Assembly (NCBI GenBank): GCA_004284765.1
Contig: NQJD01000032.1
Location: forward strand, 1-28,062
DNA length: 28,062 nucleotides
Direction of reading: 5' to 3'
Source: Candidatus Electronema aureum
Lineage (GTDB): Bacteria; Desulfobacterota; Desulfobulbia; Desulfobulbales; Desulfobulbaceae
The translations under genes and the position numbers were made by a program. The first letter of the stretch is position 1; every line of letters begins with the position of its first letter. Shown piece by piece: positions 17,927 through 26,500 of the stretch. The notes beneath the pieces are model-generated. The model had not been told where the DNA came from. It worked only from the letters and a program-made list of their open reading frames with translations, and ran no database searches.

Positions 17927-18325
17927 ATGAAGACAGGAAAACGTCAACTTCTGGGCCTGGCGGTTTCCGCCTTGGTCATGGCAGCCTTGAGCGGCTGCGG
18001 ACGGTATGCAAAAACAGAATTTGTAATGACACCCCCGTCCTCGCCTGAAGGCCAGATGTGCCTGATGAAATGCGAAAAGGACAGAAAACAGTCGATGGAC
18101 AACGAGTATCTCCAGCAAAAGAATTGCGAGCATCACAATCGGATGGTGCGTTTAGAGTTTGAGCGCTGCATCGCTTCCGGTGCAACCAACTGTTATCACG
18201 CCAGCGCACTGCCGTGTCCTTCTCCGCGTGCTGACCGCTGGGAGAATGAATACCGTCACTGCTATCAGAGCTGCGGCGGCTCCGTCAACACCAAAGAGGT
18301 GTGTACTGGCGGCTGGTGTCTATAA
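17927..18325 (+). CDS. Cys-rich lipoprotein, unknown function
   Basis: ATG 17927 is preceded by GGGAGGGAGAGAAG. Signal peptide MKTGKRQLLGLAVSALVMAALSGC has a classic LSGC lipobox. The mature ~110 aa carries 11 further cysteines beyond the lipobox Cys. A strong terminator follows. Confidence 0.65.
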   Translation: MKTGKRQLLGLAVSALVMAALSGCGRYAKTEFVMTPPSSPEGQMCLMKCEKDRKQSMDNEYLQQKNCEHHNRMVRLEFERCIASGATNCYHASALPCPSPRADRWENEYRHCYQSCGGSVNTKEVCTGGWCL

Positions 18326-19573
<1,248 letters not shown>

Positions 19574-19920
19574 ATTTTTTGAATTACTTCAATAATAGTG
19601 AAAGAAAATGCCGCCAGCAAAATCTAATGATACTGATTCAAATCAAGTTCCAGTTCCAGAGGAAATAAGAAGGCATCCAGAAGAAACTGTTATAGCAGGG
19701 GGAAATACATATCTCAGGCAATAAACCGCTTGAGGACAGAGTGGTGATAGAAGCCGAATTGATAAGGAGAATTTATAATTTCTACAGAAGAAACAGTATC
19801 TTCATTAAAAAATGATATTAGTGCCCAGAAAAAAGAATACGATTCTATTTTTGAAAAAATTATCCTTGAAAAGGAGTCGAGTAAAAATGATATATCGATA
19901 ATTTTTTTGTAATATTTCTT

Positions 19921-20178
19921 TTGTTATGTTTTACTTATATTTTATTTGGATCAATCGCTTCTGGATTTGGTTTGGACGTAAAACTGACTGAATCGACAAA
20001 CGCATTAATAGAGCTTGTTAAAATTGTAGTATTTCTTTTGGCAATGTTAATTTTTGGTTTCCATTTTGGGACAAATTCTTCTGCATCCTTAAAGACAGGA
20101 CTTCTTAATATTTTAGATTATCTCAAAAAACAATCCGATAATACGAAAAATTCAAATAAAATTCAAGTAAATGAGTAA
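19921..20178 (+). CDS. Hypothetical small membrane protein (doubtful gene)
   Basis: This is the only ORF of 60 aa or more in the AT-rich gap. It has a TTG start, no visible RBS, and two hydrophobic stretches (CFTYILFGSIASGFGL, IVVFLLAMLIFGF). It could be a chance ORF in AT-rich DNA. Confidence 0.2.
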   Translation: MLCFTYILFGSIASGFGLDVKLTESTNALIELVKIVVFLLAMLIFGFHFGTNSSASLKTGLLNILDYLKKQSDNTKNSNKIQVNE

Positions 20179-20267
20179 AAATATATTAACAATTCATAAT
20201 TAAAATCCAGATAGGCTAATGTCTTTTCAAGACAACAGTACGCAGGAACGAGAAAAGTTAGAACTAT

Positions 20268-21224
20268 ATGAATGTATTCTTAACTGGAGACATCGGCGGC
20301 ACCAACAGCAGGTTTGCCTGTTTTCAGCAGGAAGGCAACAAGCTTCTGCTGGAAAGCGCGATAGCGGTCAAGACAAATGATTTTGCTTCCTTCGAGGAAC
20401 TGCTGAACGCGCTGAAAGAAAACGGCAGCCAATTTGACGTGCAGCAGCACCGTAAATTTGTCCTCGCCATTCCAGGTCCTGTAACTCCGGCAGATGTGCT
20501 CTCTTTCCCCAATATAAAATGGGCCATCAGCAAATCCAGCCTGAAGAAGCTCTATCCTGACACAGAAATTTTCTTCATCAACGATTTCAGTGCGCAAGCC
20601 TATGGCTGCCTCACCGAGGCGGTGGCTGATGCGCTGCCGTTAATCAAAACAGAACAGACGCGGGATGATATTGCCATCGTTGGTGCCGGCACAGGACTTG
20701 GCCATGGCACACTGAAAAAAACAGCACAAAGCGGCTATCTGCATCTTCCTTCTGAAGCCGGGCAAATTCCTTTCCCTTTTGCAAACGATGAATTTGAGCA
20801 GAAATACCGAACATTCATCATTCAGCAAATAGGCATAGCCACTCTCGTTGGCGACGATGTCGTTTCTGGCAGAGGTCTTGCCATTCTGCACCAATTCATC
20901 ACCGGAAAATTGCTGTCTCCCAGCGAGATAGCCGCAGAACTTGATGCCACATCTGAAACAACGCAGTGGTTCGCCAAATTTTACGCCAGAGTTTGCCGGA
21001 ATTATGTCCTCAGCACCTTGGCAGGCGGTGGCAAGCTATTTATCTCCGGCGGTGTGGCGATTAAGAATCCTTTCTTATTGGATAACAATGCCTTCAGAAA
21101 TGAATTTCTGCAAGGCTCAGACACAGCGCAGGACGTGCTGGCCCATATCGCAGTTTCGCTGATCCACGATGAGCGAATCGGGCTGTTTGGCACGGCTTAT
21201 TACGCATCAAAACTAGTATGTTAG
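20268..21224 (+). CDS. glk: Glucokinase
   Basis: 318 aa. LTGDIGGTNSRFA (phosphate-1 motif), FINDFSAQA, IVGAGTGLGHG, SEAGQIPF, VSGRGL and LFISGGVA are colinear with Glk-family (ROK-unrelated) glucokinases. Confidence 0.9.
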   Translation: MNVFLTGDIGGTNSRFACFQQEGNKLLLESAIAVKTNDFASFEELLNALKENGSQFDVQQHRKFVLAIPGPVTPADVLSFPNIKWAISKSSLKKLYPDTEIFFINDFSAQAYGCLTEAVADALPLIKTEQTRDDIAIVGAGTGLGHGTLKKTAQSGYLHLPSEAGQIPFPFANDEFEQKYRTFIIQQIGIATLVGDDVVSGRGLAILHQFITGKLLSPSEIAAELDATSETTQWFAKFYARVCRNYVLSTLAGGGKLFISGGVAIKNPFLLDNNAFRNEFLQGSDTAQDVLAHIAVSLIHDERIGLFGTAYYASKLVC

Positions 21225-21257
21225 ATGGTTACGCTTGTACTTGTATTTACAAAATGA

Positions 21258-21284
21258 AGGGTGAATTCAAGTTCCAAGTGCAAC
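21258..21284. repeat. IS30-relic terminal inverted repeat (transposase 3' end)
   Basis: gggtgaattcaagttccaagtgcaacc matches the reverse complement of 22031-22057 (gggtgaattcaacttgtaagtgcaact) at 23 of 27 positions, counted by hand. Confidence 0.7.
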
Positions 21285-21955
21285 CGTTAAGTAGTCTCGC
21301 CAAAATAGCTCTTTTGGTGTTTTAAATCCAAGAGATTTTCGAGGCCTGTTGTTGAGCTTTTCCATAATAGCTTTGACATCCTGTGTGTCCAGCGTGTCAA
21401 AGCTCGCTCCTTTTGGGAGGTATTGCCGTATAAGTCCGTTCGTATTTTCGTTAAGCCCGGCGTTGCCAAGCCTGATACGGATGCGCGAAGAAGCAGTCTG
21501 CCTGAAGCGTGCTTGCGAACTCCTGATGCAAGGCAAATTCCTTGCCGTTGTCGCAGGTTAGGGTATGAACTTGGTCTTGGCAGGGAAGAAGGGCTTGGAC
21601 AAGTGCCTGATTGACGCTATTTGCCCGTTTATTCGGGGAAAAAGCGATAACTCGCGTCTTCCGTTCAGCCAAGGTGACAAAAACAGCTCCTCCCCGACGA
21701 CCGATCACCGTATCTATCTCCCAATCACCAATCCGAGAACGTTCTTCAACGATGCTGGGGCGATGATCTATCGAGACCCGGTTTTTATTTAATCTTGCCC
21801 CGGTCGGTCAGTGCTGCCATAACCTGCAATTCTCGACCGATAGTTGATCTGTGTCGGCCAAGCTGCAAGGCTATCGCTGATTTCTGATGCCCTGCTTGCT
21901 TTAAGGCGTAAATTTGGTTACGCTCTGCTTCGGTGAGTTGTGTGTAGTTTTTCAT
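21267..21955 (-). pseudogene. IS30-family DDE transposase, disrupted
   Basis: Piece 1 (hand-translated from ATG 21955): MKNYTQLTEAERNQIYALKQAGHQKSAIALQLGRHRSTIGREL, then QVMAALTDRGKIK and a stop at 21785. Only the HTH is present, and roughly 100 aa expected after it are missing. Piece 2: NRVSIDHRPSIVEERSRIGDWEIDTVIG...TCDNGKEF...HPYQAWQRR, carrying two catalytic D residues. Piece 3 follows a 1-nt frameshift near 21470: GLNENTNGLIRQYLPKG...LNNRPRKSLGFKTPKELF, carrying the catalytic E. Confidence 0.8.
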
Positions 21956-22030
21956 CCGTGCTCCTCTTGCTTGCCGGTAAGAAATGAGCCATCATGCTAC
22001 CACAACTCACTTTTCTTACAACTAGACAAA

Positions 22031-22057
22031 AGTTGCACTTACAAGTTGAATTCACCC
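22031..22057. repeat. IS30-relic terminal inverted repeat (transposase 5' end)
   Basis: Partner of 21258-21284. It ends 1 nt before the TAG stop (22059-22061) of the neighbouring lipoprotein gene. Confidence 0.7.
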
Positions 22058-22058
22058 A

Positions 22059-23393
22059 CTATTGCGCTTGCGCAAAAAGGGGATTTGTTTTGACCGCCGA
22101 GTGAACAATTTCGAGGAGGATGGCTTTTTCTTTTGCGCCTGGCTGAATTCCAGCTTCGGCATACATCTTTGCAATTTGAACCAGTTGGTTAGATTGCCAT
22201 CTCCAAGAAGAATCTCCACTTACTTTTGCCATGCCGTCTCTTACTATCCCAATAAATTTAGCCAACAAGCGGGCTGCGTCCTCCTTCTGTCCTGTTTTGA
22301 CTGCAATACGTGCCAATAAAGGAATTTTTTCAGAATCATCAAGAATTTTGTCAATTATTTCTTTTGCTTGATCAAAAAATCCAGCCTCAGCGTAGTGGGT
22401 TGCAATTCCCATTAATGACAAATTATACGACCTATCGTTATACGACGGATCATTTCTTCTTTTTTCATCAATCAGTTCATATGACTTTGAAAACATTTCA
22501 AGAGATTTTTCTTTTTGACCAGACTTGGCATACCCGTCCGCAACCAAAAGCAACACTCGTGCTCTGACTGCCGGTTCTTTAATATGAGCAGCTATGTCAA
22601 TTGCTTGCAGGCGAATTTCAGCCGCATTATTTTCTTTCTTTTCAATTTCATTGGCAACTGTCGCTAATGCTAAACTTTTCCATAAGGGTTCATCAATTTT
22701 ATTTGCAATATCAATTGCTCGGCTGATGTTTCCGCATATCGCATATCCGATTGAAATTGATTGCAAAACTGAGTCATTCTTATTATCATTTTCTTGTTTA
22801 AGAAGTTGAGAAAGCAGTCTTTCTCCTTTTTCTTTCTGACCAATCTTTGCATAGCTAATTGCAACATGAGAGAACATTGACAACTCAAAGCCATTCCCTT
22901 TGATCGTTTTTTCCAATTGCTCCAACAATGCTGTCGCCTTCTCGTTTTTTCCTGCTTCAGCATGGTTTTCTGCAATTGCAATCAACGCAACAGTCAGCGC
23001 AACAGCCTTGTCATGAGTATTTCCTTCCATTGCTTCAGCAACGACAAACGCAGCCTCCAGCGGCGACTGCTCCGCCTCGGCAAGCAGCTTCACCGCCTCT
23101 TCCTTCTCTTGAAACTGCCGCAGTGTCAAACCAAGTATCTTGGTCTGGCCGGACAGCAATCCGACCGCAACAGTGGAAGCAGGATAATCTGTCAATATCG
23201 CATCAATTGTCTTTCTGGCATCCTGATACGCTGCATAGTCTGCCGAGAAATCTTTTTCCTTCCGCTGCTGTGCACTCTGAAGAAGCTGCGATGCCTCCAC
23301 ATACAGCTTGTTTGCCTTCTCATTCGGGTCAGCAGAGCACCCGCCGCAAACCAGCACCAAGACAAGCATCAGCCAGATCAAACGCGCTTTCAT
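22059..23393 (-). CDS. Secreted or lipid-anchored repeat protein (TPR/HEAT-like helical repeats), unknown function
   Basis: Start at ATG 23393: MKARLIWLMLVLVLVCGGCSADP, a signal peptide with a Cys-containing cleavage region. At least 8 degenerate ~35-40-aa repeats follow, of the form hydrophobic-IA..YA.AGQKEKA..LL (AENHAEAGKNEKATALL, SYAKIGQKEKGERLL, DGYAKSGQKEKSLEMF, THYAEAGFFDQAKEII, IAVKTGQKEDAARLL, KMYAEAGIQPGAKEKA). Confidence 0.7.
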   Translation of the reverse strand: MKARLIWLMLVLVLVCGGCSADPNEKANKLYVEASQLLQSAQQRKEKDFSADYAAYQDARKTIDAILTDYPASTVAVGLLSGQTKILGLTLRQFQEKEEAVKLLAEAEQSPLEAAFVVAEAMEGNTHDKAVALTVALIAIAENHAEAGKNEKATALLEQLEKTIKGNGFELSMFSHVAISYAKIGQKEKGERLLSQLLKQENDNKNDSVLQSISIGYAICGNISRAIDIANKIDEPLWKSLALATVANEIEKKENNAAEIRLQAIDIAAHIKEPAVRARVLLLVADGYAKSGQKEKSLEMFSKSYELIDEKRRNDPSYNDRSYNLSLMGIATHYAEAGFFDQAKEIIDKILDDSEKIPLLARIAVKTGQKEDAARLLAKFIGIVRDGMAKVSGDSSWRWQSNQLVQIAKMYAEAGIQPGAKEKAILLEIVHSAVKTNPLFAQAQ

Positions 23394-23503
23394 TTTTCGT
23401 TTCCTTGTTATTTTCCCAGTTATAACGATTGTAAACAAAACATATCCTGTTTTGCATAGAGACGCAAAGGCAGGAACAACGGCGACCTGCCCTTGCCCCC
23501 TTT

Positions 23504-26500
23504 CTACAACGGCAAAATATGCACTTCCTCCCTCGTCGGGTGCATCCCGCGCAGGAAGAGACCGCTGCGTCCGTCAATGGAGACCGGGTCGCCGAAGCTG
23601 ATGCGGAAGCCGTTGATCATCGCGTGCGCACTGGCCTCGAAGACCTGCAAATCACGGCAGCCGACCACGCAGGTCTTCTCCAATCTGGTCGCCACCACTG
23701 AGGCGTGCGAAGTCTGGCCGCCGCGCGCGGTCAGCAGGCCGTCAGACATGGAGATTTCCCGAATGTCCTCTGGCACGGTGTCCTGCCGGATGAGGATCAG
23801 CGGCACATTCGGCTGCTCGCTGCGGAGCTGGCGGATGTTCTCGTCAGTAAACACCGCCAGCCCGGAAAGCGCGGAGCCGCTCACGCCGATGCCTTTACCG
23901 AGCAGCGCGGCCTGCTGCGCCTCAGTCTCCTCAAAGACCCGGAAGTGCTCCTTCTTCTTGATGGTGATCATGTCGCGGGTCTGGAGGATGTACAAATCCT
24001 CCGGCTCCGGCCCTTCAAAGGTGAACTCAATCTCCTGCGGGTTCCACTCCTTCGTATAGACCAGATCGCGGGCGATGCTGAGAAGCCGCTCATAGATCTT
24101 GGGGAAACGCCGCTCCAAGGTCTGCTCGGCGGAACGTCCATCCAATTCCGCCTGCTCGACCGAGATCGGGTAGCTGGTGACAAGGCCGGAAACAATGTCC
24201 TCGCCTTGGTCGCTGGAGGCGTAATCGCCCCAGAGCGCGACCCGCCGCACCTTGCGGTAGGGATGGGCGGTGAAGAGCACGCCGCTGCCCGCCTGCTGGC
24301 TGCGGTTGCCATAGACCATCGCCTGTACGGTCACTGCTGTGCCCCAGTCGTCAGAGACATCCATCAGATGGCGGTACTGACGGGCCTTGTGGGTGTTCCA
24401 CGACTCCAGCACCATTTCCACCGCGCCGATGAGCTGAAGCCACGGGTCTTCCGGCGCATTGCATCCATGCCGCCGCAGGGCGTTGCGGTACTCCAAGGCC
24501 AGCTCGCGCATCTGCACCGGCGAGAACTCCCGCTTCAGGCGGACATTGTAGCGTTTCTTGTGCGCGTTCATCATGCTGCCGAATTCCTCGCGGCCCATGC
24601 CGGTGCCCATCGCCCACGATTGCAGGAAGCGGCGGTAGTTGTCCCAGAGAAAATACTTCTGCTCCGGGTGATGGGCTACCAGCTCCTCCAGCAGGTCTTC
24701 ATTCAAACCAACGTTGTGAATAGTGGCCATCATGCCGGGCATGGAGATCGCCGAGCCGGAGCGCACTGAGAGCAGGAGCGGCGTGTCCGGCGAGCCGAAG
24801 CTGCGGCCTGTCTGCTCCTCAATGCCGGTGATCGCCGCCCGCAGCCGCTGCATGAACTCCTCTTTGGCCTTGGTGAAACGCTGCACCGCAGGCCAGCAGC
24901 GGAAGATCTCGGTGGTGATGATGAAGGCAGGCGGCACCGGCTTGCCGTCATTGGCCAAGAGCATAAGGTTGAAGCCCTTGTTGCCGAGATGAATGAGGTT
25001 GTGGGTGCGAAGGTTCTCGTTGTGGAGCGAGGAGATGGTAGTCTCCGGGTTGTAAGTCATGAGCAGGTCAATGGTCTGCTCGTCAAGAATGTCGCGCTGG
25101 GCCTCCAAGGTCTGGATGATCCGGGTGATGAAGTTGTCAAGATGCTGTAGACCGAAGGTGGTGGCGATGAGATCACGGAAGAACGACTCGGACAACCGGT
25201 GGATGGTTGACGGCATGTCCTCGTCATCCCAGAGCGGGCGGAACTTGGTCAGCAGATTCTCTCTGCCGATCTGCGGGATAATGATCGAGAGGTTGTTCTG
25301 ATGCACATTGGTGTAGTGTGCATAGATCACGTCTTTGACCCCTTCCGACAGCCCGCGCACGATGTCTAAATGCTGGGTGTAGGTGAATCGCTTCATGCTG
25401 ATCGAAGCGTCCAGCAGGCTGGTGTAGGTGTCCAGGCGGCGGCTGGTGATGCCGTCAATCTTCAAAGCACGGATGTAGAAGCTCAAGGCTTGAGCAATGC
25501 GGATGAAGGTCGCCTGGGTGATGAAGCCAAGGTTGATGGAGAGATTCAGCCGCTCAAGGTAGATGTTGGCAAGGGTCTCCAAGCGGAAGGCGAGGCCGAG
25601 CGCGTCGAACTTGCGCTCGGAATAGCGGCCATAAACTGAGGGAATGTCCACCGCGATATGGCGCTTGTAGTATATCTCTTCCTTCGGCTCAAATTTTTTA
25701 TCGCTGAGGATAACCTGCTTGAGCTGCTCCAAGTGGGTGAGCAAAGCATCCAAGCAGCTGCACGTGTCGCCGTTTTCGAGCACCATCAGCAGCTCCTCCA
25801 TCTCCGGGAAGCCGTTCTGGGCCGCGTGCTGGAGCTGACAGCGCAGCTCCTCCATGCCAAGGCTATACTTGTGATGCAGCAAACGGTGCATCCGCACGAG
25901 CAGATCAAAGCGTTTGCGCTCGCCAGCGGAGAGGTCGGTCTGCCGCTCCAGCCAGGCTTTGCGCTCAGCCTCGTCCCAGGTCAGCAGCTCATCCACATTG
26001 CTGTATTCCATCTCATCACGGACGCGCCGGGCAAGAATGTGCAGCTCGTCCACAAAGGGGCCGGAGGTCTGCACTTGGCCCAGTATCTCCTCTGGCAGAT
26101 ACGGTTTAAGGCCGTTCTTGTCCAAGGTGAGCCAGAAAACAAAGATCGCCCGGATGAAGCCGACAATCAAATTCGAGGATTCGACATGCGACTGCTTGCG
26201 GAGGAAATGGATGAGCACGTCATGCCGCTTGTGCAGCTCGTCTAATTCAGTGGAGACATCGCGCAGCTCGCCCTCTGCGCCGATCTCGTTGAAGAAGACC
26301 GGCATCAGCTTGGTGAACTGCTTGGCGAGATTGTAAATCGGCTTGATCGGGTGATTGAGCAGCTGGGTGATGTCGCGCTGGAAGAGATCCGTGTCTTTGA
26401 CGCAGGTGCCAGTCAGGCGGATGTTGATGATCAGGGCAGAGAAAAGCGTTGAGCACCATTTCGGCTCCTGCATGATCAGATTCAGCCAGACCCGGATGTT

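Larger units (their letters stand above)
21258..22057 (-). mobile_element. Decayed IS30-family insertion sequence (800 bp, with an internal deletion and a frameshift)
   Basis: Bounded by imperfect terminal inverted repeats and contains IS30-type transposase fragments in three reading-frame pieces. At 800 bp it is shorter than the roughly 1.0-1.2 kb I recall for IS30-family members. Confidence 0.8.

Noticed and set aside
19690-19800. Serine-recombinase-like peptide KPLEDRVVIEAELIRRIYNFY in an alternative frame of the AT-rich gap
   Set aside because: Only about 20 residues resemble the family and no catalytic region is present. It could easily be chance in AT-rich sequence, so it is mentioned only as a hint under the AT-rich gap finding.
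22031-22061. Idea that the IS30 relic truncated the lipoprotein gene
   Set aside because: The TAG stop (22059-22061) lies 1 nt outside the inverted repeat, which ends at 22057. The reading frame therefore terminates in non-IS sequence, and no truncation is evident from the sequence alone.
22917-23459. 180-aa and 165-aa plus-strand ORFs opposite the repeat lipoprotein gene
   Set aside because: They are shadow ORFs created by the codon-periodic repeat structure on the other strand. They have no start context and low-complexity Gln/Ser/Leu/Cys-rich translations.
23705-24769. 354-aa plus-strand ORF, with several other ORFs of 60-195 aa on both strands between 23493 and 27893
   Set aside because: All lie antisense to or out of frame with the 1,415-aa gene. 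Their translations are Arg/Ala/Gly/Leu/Pro-rich low-complexity strings typical of alternative frames in GC-rich coding DNA, and the minus-strand frame carries unmistakable PPDK motifs.
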